From Cycas panzhihuaensis (taxonomy: Eukaryota; Plantae; Cycadophyta): a stretch of 64,000 bases of DNA. Both the position numbers and the translations under genes were made by a program. Location: the NCBI GenBank assembly GCA_023213395.1, contig CM041465.1:250239741-250303740 (forward strand), given 5' to 3'. Below the pieces are notes generated by a model that ran no database searches, was not told the origin of the DNA, and saw only the letters and a list, made by a program, of their open reading frames with translations. Positions 27,407 to 45,231 of the stretch are shown here, one piece after another (the first letter of the stretch is position 1; every line of letters begins with the position of its first letter).

Positions 27407-28555
27407 ACATATATAATTTTATTTCCATTTTTTTGGGACCACATATGCTTCTTCAAATTGAACCACTTATTTATTTTAAGGATAAAGTAGGCCAAGGTGA
27501 TGTCCCTACCTACCTTGTTCATCAATGCTAGACACTAGATAAATGACTCATCAACGTGTTTGTTGTGAATGTGACAATGTTGTGGGCATGGCAAAGGACC
27601 TAACATGTATAGGAAGTCAGCTTGAGTGGAGACTTGAATTGAGGCCTCAATTCTTTAGCAAGTCTACATCAAGGTCAACTTTTGAAACTAAGGAAAAAAG
27701 GAAGTCTCTAAGCTCCTTTTTCTGTCCAAGGACATTAATGAGAAGTGACAAGATTTGTTATTTCAAGAAAAAGAAAAAGAAAGGGAATATTATTCCCAAT
27801 ATGTATGGACCATGTTATTAACTTGGTTAATTGCTCCATGGTATACCTTAATGTTGTTCATCCAATAAGATGATAATCAAACGTTAAAAACGGTCTTATC
27901 TCAGCTTATCTTATTTGTAATAGTTTATGGTTTGAGTGAATTTGCATTCATTATAGTCCCCACCATGTCATATGGCTACATATTGGATTTGTTTGATTTT
28001 CATTGCTATCCCTTAATTATGAGCATGGTATCCTTTCTACTTTTAGTATTATAATTCAGTATACAAAGATAAATACATGTTATTTAAAGTTTTCTATTCA
28101 TAAAAGATAGACCTTAGTTATGGCTAAATGTTATCAATGTACATACTTCCACATATCTTACTTTGACCTTTGGATTTGATGAAGGTTCTCTCTCTCTATG
28201 ACACACAAAAAAAAGGAAGAAAAGAAAAGATAAAGATAAAGAAAGAAGAAGAAGAAGAAGAAAAGGAAAAGAAATATCAATAATCCTACTAATTATTAGG
28301 CTTGCTTTTAATGAACCCTTTTCAATACTGAATAAAATAGCATTAACACAATAGACATAGGATGACAATAGATTACACGACGAAAATAATTCAAAGTTAA
28401 GGGTTTAATAGATCAATTGATAAATAATTTATGTGATATCTTTGTCACAAACATTTGTGTAATATATATATTGAGTTCCTACTAAAAGAAATAACCCTTA
28501 AAAAAATATTAATTTATTAAGATTAATATTAATTTAAACTTAATCATATATAATT

Positions 28556-33180
<4,625 letters not shown>

Positions 33181-33701
33181 TATTAAAAAATTCGAATACT
33201 TTAATACCATATTAAATTATCTAAATATATAGTGGAAGCATTGATATATGATGTTAGAATTAAAACAATAGATTAATGAAGCATAATGATGAATTGTGAG
33301 GAATATATACACAAATTATAAGATAGCATCAATATATATCAATATTAAACATTATCAAATATCATTAAAGATTATTAAACATTACCACATGATACACTAA
33401 GATTTATATATGGAAAACCCAAAAGAAAAAAAACCATAGGAGAAAGTTTAGAGTATTACTTTTTTTTATTAAATCTCCAAATGAATTAATCACTGCTCTT
33501 CTTTTTAAAATTCTTAAGTGGTATGTGTATATATTTATATCATGATGAGCTAATTACATATTAAACACTTTTTATCCTCTAATAGGAAGGTACATAAATA
33601 ATTATACTTTTCTTATAATTTAATAATATTTTGTGATGCTTTGTGTGGGTCCACAACATTAAAAAAATATTAGATATTTAGAAACTTCAAATATTCTAGC
33701 A
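33181..33701 (-). repeat. Family X LTR copy 1 (3' LTR)
   Basis: tattaaaaaattcgaatac...atattctagca; matches the copies at 49072 and 52827. Confidence 0.9.
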
Positions 33702-36700
33702 CTTCCTCTTAGTATTCAATATCTTGTAATCTGTAATCTTTAATCTTTAATCTTTATAACTTTTGTCTTCATGCTTTGTCTTTATTTTGGAATCTTTAAT
33801 CATGCACCAAAATCTATAATCAAATTGAATCACATATAACTTAAAAATTATTCTGAAATTTATCTTCATCATGCTTATCTTGTACAAACAAATTTTATCA
33901 ACAATGTATCATATTAATTGTAATCAATCTATAACTAAATATATGAAACCAACCACTTGTAAAGACCTATAAACCATTATCAATCAACCAATAAATAACC
34001 ATAATTCATGACTCTCAACTTTATCATCATATATAAAGCTTTTTTCCTTACCAACTTTAGATCTTCATTTGTAAATATACAATAAATAACATTGATATAT
34101 CAAAATCTTATGAACTATAATGATTATTAATGTTCATATAAAACAACAACCATCTATCAAAATATATGGGTAACTAACCTTTATGTTAGAAATCACACTC
34201 TAGAGCCCACTCAAATATCTTATAAAAAATCAAGAAGAAATATAGCCCTAATACCATATAATAAATTATAGACAAACAAAGATCATGTATGCACACAACA
34301 AGCGTGAAAAGAATCAAGAAAATAATAGAATATATGTGGGAAACCCTTTCAAGGAAAAAACCTACCACCAAAGATATGTCAATTAAATTGATATGGAATA
34401 ACCTGCCATTCAACATCATTAAGTACAATGAACTTGGATCCCTTTATATAGATTTATGAGTGTTAGATATGTTAGCCCACATTGATTTTATGATAACAAA
34501 CCAAACATAATACCCACTACATATAATACATCATAATAACCTCACAATTATATGTTACATCACATCATACATGCCTCATTAAATATTAGATGGTCAAGTG
34601 CATAATGACCACTCTAGCATCCCCCCTTAATGTTAATATAGGTCTTATTGACAATCTGTATGTTGACACCCTTTATCCTCCACTTGCATTAACTATGACT
34701 AGTCTATTATACCCTTTTTCTTATGATGAAGTATCCTGTCGATTATTGACAGCCTTATCAGTGGGGTCTAGATTATGTTTTGTTAATAGCTCTATCTTGT
34801 CAACGGGAGCTAGTTGTCCCCTTATTGATGTTGATAGATATTATTCTTGTCAATAGATCCCCCCTCAAGAATAACTTCACTCGGTCCTAATTGTGCATGA
34901 ATTTTGATGAAGTGATCTTCAGTAAGAGCTTTGGTGAACATATTTACAAGTTGCTCTTTACTTGGGAAAAATTTGACTTGTAACTTCTTTGATCTAATTT
35001 GCTCATGGATATAATAGTGTTGGATCTCAATATGCTTCATATGTGCATAAAACTCTAGATTCTTAGAAAGTTGAATAGCACTTTGATTATTAACATCTAT
35101 GACATACATTTTATAAGTAATTCTAAGTGTTTCCAATAGTCCTTACAACCATACAACTTCCCTTGCACCAACAATCAGTCCTTGGTACTTAGCCTCTATA
35201 GAAGACAATGCAATGGTGGTCTACTTTTTAGTCTGCCATGATACAAAATTATTGCCAATACCAAAAATGTAACTTGCAATTGATTTTTGATTTTCTGCAT
35301 CTCTATCCTAATCTACATATGTATACCTATATAAGTTTTTCTCTCTACTATGAAGGTATTCAAGGCTAAGATTAAGTATTCCCTTTACATACTTCAGAGT
35401 CCTTTTAATAGCAACCCAATGGGGCTCTTTGGGATTATGCATGAAATGAGAAACAAATCCAATAGCATAAGTAATATTAGCCTTATTATGAGTTAAATAA
35501 ATCAAACTCTTTACTACTTGCTAATATAAAGTCCCATCTACAATTAACTTATCTATATCCTTTAGAAACTTTGTGCTCTTCACACATGGCATCCTTGCTA
35601 GTTTGCAATCTTTCATGTTGAATCTCTCAAGAAAGTTTACAATATACGTCACTTACAACAATACGAGGCAATCCTCCATTTGCCTAACTTTGATGCCCAA
35701 GAGGTAATAGAATCGACTAAAATCTATCATATCAAAAGTATGTTCTAGATAGGACTTTGTTGCTGTGATAATTTTATTGTAATTACCTAAAAGAATAAAG
35801 TCATCAACATATAACACAACAGTAACTATTATCAATCCACTATTTCAAATATAAAAACTTAGTTCTAATTCAGTTGACACAAACCCATCTTGGTTTAGTT
35901 TAGCATCCATTTCTCATACCAAGCATGTAGTGCTTGTTTTTGGCCATAGAGAGATTTCTTTAATTGGAACACTAAATGGTCTTGACCTTTCTTAATGAAT
36001 TCCAAAGGCTGTGACATATAAATCTCCTCCTTTAGATCTCCATTAAGAAATGTAAACTTAATGTCCATTTAGTGTAACTATATAGTTGTCAAAGCAAGCA
36101 TCAATCAAATCATTGACATCTTAGAGACTGGTGTAAATGTCTCCTCATAATAGATTCCTTCTTTCTATTTGAAACTCACACAATAAGTTGAGCCTTATAC
36201 TTGTAGACCTCTCCATTGGAGTGATACTTTATCTTATAGACCTACTTATAACAAACCAAGTTCTTAGAAGGAGGTAAAGGAACCAAATTCCATGTATTAT
36301 TTTTCATAATTGAAATGTACTCCTCCATTGTAACTTTCTATCACTGGTCTCCTTTTGTCTCCTCATATGAAATGGGATCAGTAGAGTTGTTGGTATCCAC
36401 CATAAGAGTCTGACTAGCATGTTGTCTCCTTGTTCATCGACCATCTACAAGCTCTTCTACCATCATGCTAAAATCTTCAATAGTCCTCATCGTCCATAAA
36501 AGAACACGAGGTGTTTTCCATACCTCATCATATAATAGCTCCTCCTCAACACTTCCACTTAGTCCAACTTTTGATCTTATCAACATAATGTTAGGCTCTT
36601 GAACCTCAACACATTTGTCAACAAGTTGACTAAGAAAAAGAAGAAGTAGGGGATAAAAGTTGTCTTTGGATGTCTTTTCAATATGGTACATTGATGACTT

Positions 36701-38932
36701 ATTAAACTTAATATCCCGACTAATCATAATTCTTTTCCCTTGTAGATCCCATACTATGTAAGCTTTACTATCTTCTTAGTACTCCACAAAAATACACTTC
36801 AAATTTTTATGATTTAGGTTCTTACTATATTCATTAGGGATGTGTCTATATGTAATGCACCCAAATACTTTAAAATAATTAATGGAAGGTTTATCACTAG
36901 TCCAATATTCTTCAAAGATAATGCCACGAAAAACCTTCGTTGAGATCCTATTTATTATATAAATAGTTATTGACATAACTTCTACCTAAAACATTAGTGG
37001 TAAGTTTTTAGAATGCACCATACACCTTGCCATTTCCATCATGATATGGTTCTTCCTTTCTACAGCTCTATTTTATTGTGGGATATACAAGACAGTCAAC
37101 TCCTATTTAATACCATAATCAAGGTTGTTTAAAGGCATTGTTGTCATACTCTTTTTTGTTATCACTTCTTAAAATTTTTATTTTTTATTACACTTATTCT
37201 TGACACAAATTTTTCATTCACAAATTTTTTCAAATATATTAGACTTATTCTTCAAAAATAACACCCAAGCTTTCTTTTTAAAATCATCTATAAATACATG
37301 AACATATTAAGCATCTAAAATAGAAGGATTAGATAATAGACCCATCAGGTCAGTATGGATAAGTTCCAACTTCTCCTTTTCTTTCTAAGCATAATCTTTT
37401 TCAAGCAGATAACAATGATGTTTTCCATATACATATCCTTTACAAATACCTTCTAAACAAGTAACATGTAGTAACCCTGCTACTACATGCAATCTTTTTA
37501 TTAGGTTGATGCTTCTATAGTTAAGATGACCCAATCATTCATGCCATAACTTACTCTTGTCATCAACACTAATGACAAAGCTATAAGAATCCTTTTAAGC
37601 TCTGAATTTCTCAAACACCCAAAAATTATCCTACACTCTCCTAGTGGCAACAATAAAGAAGTTTTTCTTTAGATAGATAGAAGATTTAACTTCATAATTG
37701 GTACATAGTATATGCCATTGAATTTACCTCCTGTAAGTGAAATGGAATTAATTCCTTCTACAGATATAACATGGGTATCTCTAAGAATGATATTTATATC
37801 ACTTGTACCTTTATGAAAGGCATCAAAGCTTTAATTCTAATATGTTATGTGTTTTTATTCACCTAAGTTGAGGATTCAATAATCTTTTTAACTAGACTTA
37901 ATCATCGTTGACAATATTAGTATGGTCGCTAATATTGATATCATCAAATAATGTTGATACCTAAATATAATCTACTATAATATTCTTTTTTTTATTGGCT
38001 TGGTTGGCCTTATGCTTATCTTGCTTCTTAAACTAACAATACTTTTCTTTGTGGCCCTCTTTCTTGCAATAGTTGCATTTACTTATGAATTTCTTCTTCT
38101 CTTGAGATAATTCACCTATTTGTTATGTAGACTTACCCTCCTAAATAACATCCTTTCTCTGTGTCTTCATGTCCAAAGCCTAATTTGAACTCGACCTAAC
38201 AAGCACTCTATGATGCTTTAGCTTAGCATCCTCTGTTAGAATTAGGTTTTTCAATGACTCAAATGATTCACCTTCCATAGCTTCATCATTGTCATAAATA
38301 GTTTGGAAGGTTCCAAATACAGCTTGTAACTTTGACATAATAATGACAAAAAGTAATGTATTATCGATTGAGTTTGACTTTAATTCATCCAACATGTTTT
38401 TCAAATCAGTTATCTTATTTAGATAAACACTAAGCTTATTCTTATCCTCAACCTTGGAATTTAATAATTCCATCATGAGAGTAAGATGTCTATTAGTTTT
38501 ATTTTCTTCAAATACCTCACACAACTTGGTCCAGATAGTATGCGGGGTTTCAAGCTTTTTAACTAAAGCTCTCTAGTCCAAAGCCAAAGATAACTTTAGT
38601 AACCTAACAGCCATAAATTGTTTCTCCTCAATATAAATACATTTTTTCTTATTTAAAGGGATAGATATAACTACAAATTTGGTAATGGCCTAAGGATAAT
38701 TAACCATTAGGACCAATTCCATATTTATTTTTCATTCGTTAAATTTATACCTATTAAATATCAAGAGGAACTAACTTATCTATGACAAAAAATAGGAAAA
38801 TATGCAGACCCTAAATTAGCTTTCAATAGAACTATTTAAACCCATCATAAGTTTGACTTAAAATAAATGTAATGATGCTTTATATTAAATGAATATTTAT
38901 TGAGTGATATCTTCATTGACTAATGTTTACAA

Positions 38933-39025
38933 CAATGACCACTTTATCAATTAAGGCAATGACCACATCATCAATTAAGGCAATGCCCACTTCATCGATT
39001 GAGGCAATGACCACTTCGTCGACTG
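38933..39025. repeat. 24-bp minisatellite (about 4 copies) in the copia 5' UTR
   Basis: caatgaccacttcatcaattaagg-like units at 38933, 38957, 38981 and 39005. Confidence 0.85.
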
Positions 39026-39169
39026 ACTAGGGCTATGACAAACCTCATTGACTATCTATGGCTATGACGAACTCCATTAACAATTTCATCAATAATTATA
39101 TCGACTATCCAGCTTTGTTAACTATCTTATTAACTATTTAACTTCATCAACTATCTTGTAGGCTATTGT

Positions 39170-42100
39170 TGTTAGGATACTACTCCTTAATGATAATTGT
39201 ATACTAATATAATAAGCAAATAACTCTAAAAGAGCATTTGTATTGCAATACCCTTCGAGGGGGCAACCTCCTAATTACATGCAATAACAATGATATTTAA
39301 GATGCCATACTCTAAGGATTACATAAATATATATATGGCTATATGCTTACTACACAACCTCCTCCTTATACATGTGGGATATTATATGAATATATATAGT
39401 GCTCAATGACCACTACACAACCTTCTACTTATGCATGTGGGATATTAAGAAAAGGCAAGAAATAGAAGAAATAAAAGATATGAGAGAGAGAAGAAGTAGA
39501 AGATATAAGAGAATATAAGAGAAGATAAGTTAGGGGTTGGATCTCTCAAAAAGTCCCCCCCTTAAAAAAGCTTTGCCCTCAAAGATTGGTGATCTCAAGG
39601 TGCTCTAGGACAAATTGTTCATTCTCCCAGGTTGCATCTTCTCGCGAAAGTTGTTTCCATTTGATGAGATACTCAATGATTTATCTAGATCATAGTTGTC
39701 AAATTCTTCAGTCGATGATACATTCTGGAATGAGTTGAAGTTTCCCCTCCTCATTCAAGATAGGTAATTCTGTTTGAACTTGTACTTATTACTCAATTAC
39801 CTTCTTGAGACATGAAACATGAAAGACATTATGGATCCTTGATAGTGGTGGTCAGTCCAAGGCATATGCAACTTCACCGATCTTCTTGAGAATTTTGTAA
39901 GGCCCATAAAATTGAGGTTGTAATTTACGTTGCCCATTCTGTTTGAGAGATGCTTGCTTATACAATTGTAACCGTAAGTATACCCAATCGCCTAGATGAA
40001 ATGCTCATTCACTTCACCCTTTATCTGCCTATTAATTCATCCAATTTTGTTCAAGGTTTAGATTTTCCTTGAGTAGCTTAAGAATTTATGTTATTTGTTG
40101 GATGTGGTCTTTGATTGCTTGAACCTTAGAACTGATTATGGCATAGTTTTTAGGTGTGGGTGGTTCATAGCCATATAATGCTTGGAACAAAGTCATTCCT
40201 ACTAATGCATGATAGGTTGTATTATACCACCATTCTGCCAAAGGAAGGCAATGATGCCATTGCCCCTACTTATCTGAAGCATAACACCGAAGGTATCATT
40301 TAAGGCACTTATTAACCATCTCAGTTTGTCCATCTATTTGTGGATGGTAGGATGAGCTCATTGTTAGTTTAGTACCAAGTAGATGGAAGAGTTATGTCCA
40401 GAAGTTACTGGTAAACTTAGGATCCCGATCACTGACTATGCATTTGGGCATGCCATACAACCTGTGTATATCCTTTAAAAAGATCTCAACAATTTGCTTT
40501 GCCTTATATATGGATCGAATACCACAAAAATAGGCATATTTAGTTAGCCTATCAACAACCACCGGTATAGCATCTTTTCCTTCTGACTTAGGCAGACCCA
40601 CGATGAAGTCCATAGAAATTTCTTCCCATCGTTGATTTGGTATGGGAAGGGGTTACAACAATCCTGGAGACTTGATTGTTTTTGCCTTATGTCATTGACA
40701 AATTTCACATGAGAAAACATATCTCTTTACCTCTCCTTTTTTTCCCTTCCAAAAGAAAGATTATTTTAAGTGGTGGTATGTTCATAGGAACCCCGAGGAA
40801 CCTACTATTGGAGAGGCATGTGCATCATATAAAATTTGCTCCTTAAGGCTAGAGTGAGGGCATATATATGTTTGATTCTTATACTAGAGAATATTTGAAG
40901 GCCATGTATAATGGGTTGAATGCCTTACTCCAACTTGAAGGTCTTGAATGATCTGCTTTATAAAGGAGTCCTCATCCCATTCTTGCTTGGCGACCGCTAT
41001 CCAAGAGGGATTGACTATCGTGATAGAATATAGTGCAGAGCCTTCTTCCTTACGAGATAAAGCATTAGCAGTTATATTATCCTTGCCTTTTTTATATATG
41101 ATTTCAAAGTTAAAATCTTGCATTTTGGTGACCCATTTTTGTTGTTCCTCAAATGCTATCCTTTGAGATAGGAAATATTTTAAGCTATCATGATCTGTTT
41201 TAATTTGGAAATGTGTTCACAATAAATATTATCATCATTTCCTAACTGCATGAAGAATTGCTAACATCTCCTTCTCATAGGTGGATTTGATTTGTTCATT
41301 GGGTGTAAGTTGACAACTTTAAAAGGCCAAAGATTTCTCTTCTTGCATTAAGACTACTCCAATGCCCTGCCCCGATGCATCACATTCAATGGTGAAGGTC
41401 TTTGTAAAGTCTGGTGTTGCAAGGACTGGTGTGGTAGTTAAAGCCAGCTTTAGGTATTCAAATGCTTTAGAGGCCTTATCATTCCAATGAAAGGAATCCT
41501 TTTTTAACAAGTTGATTAAAGGGGAAGCAATCCTTGCATAGCCTTGAACAAACTTTCAATAATATACTATGATTCCTAAGAATCCACGAAGGCCCTTGAT
41601 GTTTTTAGGTTTAGGCCAGTTTATGATAATTTCTATTTTCTTAAGATTTACCTTGACTCCTTCTTGAGAGATAATATGGCCCAAATATTCTATTTCTGTT
41701 TACCCAAACTAACATTTTAATTTTTTTGCATAAAGTTGGTTGTTTGCAAGCACATGTAGTGTCTTATCAACATGTTGAATATGGTCTTCCCACATATGAT
41801 TGAAGATCAAAATGTCATAAAAAAAGACTAACATGAACTTCCTTAAGTAAGGTCGAAAGAGTTTATTCATGAGTCCTTGAAAGATGGATGGGGCATTAGT
41901 CAAGCCAAATGGCATGACTAAAAATTCATAGTGACCTTCATGTGTACAAAATGCAGTTTTATGAACATCCTGTGCTTTGATCCCAATTTGATGGTATCTT
42001 GACTGCAAGTCCAATAATGTGAAGAACATTGCTCCATGGAGTTCATCCAAGAGTTCGTCAATGAATGGTATAGGAAATTTGTCCTTGATGGTTATCTTAT

Positions 42101-45100
42101 CGAGCTCGCGGTAGTCTACACACATGTAAAATGAGCCATCCTTTTTTCTTACTAGAATCACCAGGGCAGAAAAAGTGCTTTTACTTTCCCTAATAATACC
42201 AGTATTAAGGAGTTCTTAAACTAGTCATTCAATTTCATTCTTTTGTTGGTAGGGATACCGTATGGTCAAATATAAGGAGGATTACTTCCAACTACCAGGT
42301 CAATACTATGATCTTGGTCACGTACTAGGGGAAGACCTTGAGGAATATCCTGAAAGACCTGGTAATGGCGGTGAAGTACCAATTTTAAGTCATTTGGTAT
42401 ACTATCATCTTGGAGAATGTTCCTTTCTGTTGGAAGTTATTGACCTTCCAGAGCATAACATTTGGCAATGATTCCTGTACCACCCTTTTTAATGAGCCTC
42501 TCCATAAGGTGTGAGCTGATGATTTGGGTTGGTGGAGGAATGATCCCATTCAATTGGTAGTCAATTCCTTCAGAAGTAAATCAGATAAAGAGCTTTTGCA
42601 TATTTAGTTGAATGGTCCCAAGTGGTTTGAGCCATTGTACCCCTAATATAACATCAACTCCTCCAATGAGAATGACATACATAAAAGTGGAGAGGTGATA
42701 GTCACCCATTTGTAACTTGATATTGTGACATTTTTCCCCACAAGTGAGTGTCCCTCCATTAGCCACCATAATTTGAAAATTTTTGACAGGATATGGAAAA
42801 CAGTTGAGTTCTTCAACAAGTTTTCGATTAATGAAATTATGGGTGCTCCCAGAATCTATGAGGACAACCACCTTCCTTTTCTTAATATACCCAATAAGTT
42901 TGAGTGTTTGAGGGGTTGCAATTCCAACTAGGGCATGCACAGATATAGTAGCAGTATCTTCTTCTTCCTCCTCAGGTGGGTTACGATCATTATTTTCTAG
43001 CTCTAATGAGGCTTCTTCTACTGGTTCCTCATCTTGAACATCCTCAATTATGAATAAACATCATTCAGGAAACTTATGGTCTTTATTCCACATTTGGTTA
43101 TAATGAAAATATAACTCTTTCAATCATTTCTCATCCATCTCTTGGGAAGTCATTTGTCGTATACCAGGAACCTAAAATTGTGGTCACTTTTTTAGAAATG
43201 TTCGTTGGAGGGGTCAGGATGCCTTATTTTTTGCTTCAATATGTCGAGCAAAATTGATATTTGTAGAGATGTTATCAGGTTTTAAGAGTCACAGCTCATG
43301 TCTGATGTCATCTCGTAACCCACAAATGTATAACTCAAGTAATTTATTTTGACAAAGACCATCAACCCTTGTGGAGAGACATTGGTATTCTACTGTATAA
43401 GCTGAAACAATCCCCTCCTATCTGACTTTAGCTAACTGGTTAAAGTGGTCATGATCCCATGTACTATCATATTGAGCTATAAGATCCTTGACAAAACCCT
43501 CCCATTAATAACTAAGCCCACTAATTATTTTTATAATCCATTGGTACCATTGGTAGGGTTTAGTTTTCATGTGTAGAGAAGCAAGAGGGATCTTCTTATC
43601 TGCTGGAACTTGATGAAGAGAAAAGTATTATTCCATTTGGGTGATCTAGGTACGTACATATATGTCACTAAACTTCTTGATTTCTACCTTGGGAAGGAAG
43701 TTCAGACGAAAGCACCTACCATCATTACCTTCATCTTCTTTAGCGAAGTGACCCCCACCTATGTGAGTAGTACCATCAAGGTCAATCTTTTCTTCCTTAA
43801 AAGGTTTCATGGATGTGAGCTCTAGCATTACTGCTTCAAATTTTTCATTGAAGTCATTTTGGATTTGTAATATATCTCCTCGAAGTTGTGAGATAACATC
43901 ATTGAGATCTTGAGTCCAACTTGGATTCATCTTAGGGGCCATTAATCCACAAGACCTAAGTTGAATCCTAGTTGGTAAATATGAATGAAAATGATTTGAT
44001 GGGGGTGTTTATAGACTGTTATCCCTAATATTTTATAATGAGGCAATATGGATTTTTTTTCCTACTTTTTTGCTTTTTTATTTTTTTTATTTTTTGCTTT
44101 TTGTTTCTTATTTTTTTGCTTTTTCGGTCACGGGCTAACTGACTGACTATGTGCACATGAGCTGATAACAAATTGGCTAGACATACTAGATTTAACAAAT
44201 TAATGATGACTGACTCACTGACTGACTAAGTACACACAAACCACTAATAGACTGACCAGGTACACTAGGTATGGGATTGTTTGGTTTATAGGCCCTTTGA
44301 TATACTAATCCCAGACGTAAATAGTATCAACTTATAGAGGTAAACACTCTGCTCTACAGTTGTACTATCCCGTCTCTAAGGTGTATGGAGAGTAACTTCC
44401 TAGGGCTAACCACTTACTGGTGCACTACAAATTACAGACGGTCAATATGTTTCCTATGGTTACCTATACTAGGAAGGCCTATCTAGGTGGTCCTCCTATA
44501 TTCCTGCAGGTACTTGGAGGTGCAATTCCGTAGCTTGATTCAAGAGTGTGATCTCCAGTCCTTCATGCAAGAGATGGAAAATCCACAATGTGCTTAGCCC
44601 AAAACGACAGATCCTCATGATATTTATAGACCCCCAGCATAAGGTCTCTATCTAAATGCAAAAGAAAACTATCTAGTGGCAGTGTTAGGATAACTGCCTG
44701 ATTATAGTGTTATGTACCCCTAAAAAGCAAAGTAACTAAATGGAAATTTAATGAGAATAGGTACTAATGAGAAAAAACTGATGGAAAAAATTGATTATTT
44801 AGTATATTTGACTCTCCCACAAGGAATGGATCGACCGCCCTAATACCACTTGTTAGGATACCACTCCTTAATTATAATTGCACACCAATATAACAAGTAA
44901 ATAACTCCAAAAGAGCATTTGTATTGCAATACCCTTCGAGGGGGAAACTTCCTAATTATATGCAATAATAATGATATTTTAGATACCATACTCTAAGGAT
45001 TACATAAATATATATATGGCTCTATGCTTACTACACAACCTCCTCCTTATGCATGTGGGATATTACATGAATATATATAGTATTCAATGACCACTATACA

Positions 45101-45231
45101 ACCTTCTACTTATGCATGTGGGATATTAAGAAAAAGGAAGAAGTAGAAGAAATAAAAGATATAAGAGAGAGAAGAAGTAGAAGATATAAGAGAATATAAG
45201 AGAAGGTAAGTTAGGGGTTAGCTCCCTAACA
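39170..45231 (-). mobile_element. Ty3/gypsy chromovirus (Reina-like), full-length, degenerate
   Basis: LTRs 39170-39550 and 44851-45231; perfect TSD attgt/attgt; PBS complement gccctaatacca 44837-44848; PPT complement gtccccccctt ~39553. Gag from 43942, PR VLIDSGSTHNF (42581-42940), RT (41709-42161), RH ECDASGQGIG, INT MDFIVGLP, chromodomain EYLIKWKQLSREDATWE (~39625-39675). Confidence 0.95.
44047..44821 (-). repeat. Probable solo LTR inserted in the chromovirus 5' UTR
   Basis: Termini tatgg(=tgtgg)...ccaca; minus-strand TATA (tatttatagacccc ~44621); imperfect flanking duplication aggca/aggaa. Removing it leaves a short UTR between the PBS and gag. Confidence 0.5.

Noticed and set aside
27636-27653. 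18-bp perfect palindrome gaattgaggcctcaattc
   Set aside because: Isolated, with no associated termini or known function.
33181-33701. Cassandra-type TRIM identity for the tandem element
   Set aside because: No 5S rRNA-like segment recognised in the LTR, and the internal unit is ~3.3 kb rather than under 100 bp.
38933-39165. 24-bp repeats as a possible CRISPR-like array
   Set aside because: Units are head-to-tail with no unique spacers, sit in a retrotransposon 5' UTR, and there are no cas genes; context is eukaryotic.
39345-39450. ~62-bp duplication inside the chromovirus LTR
   Set aside because: Present in both LTRs; ordinary U3 enhancer-type repeat.
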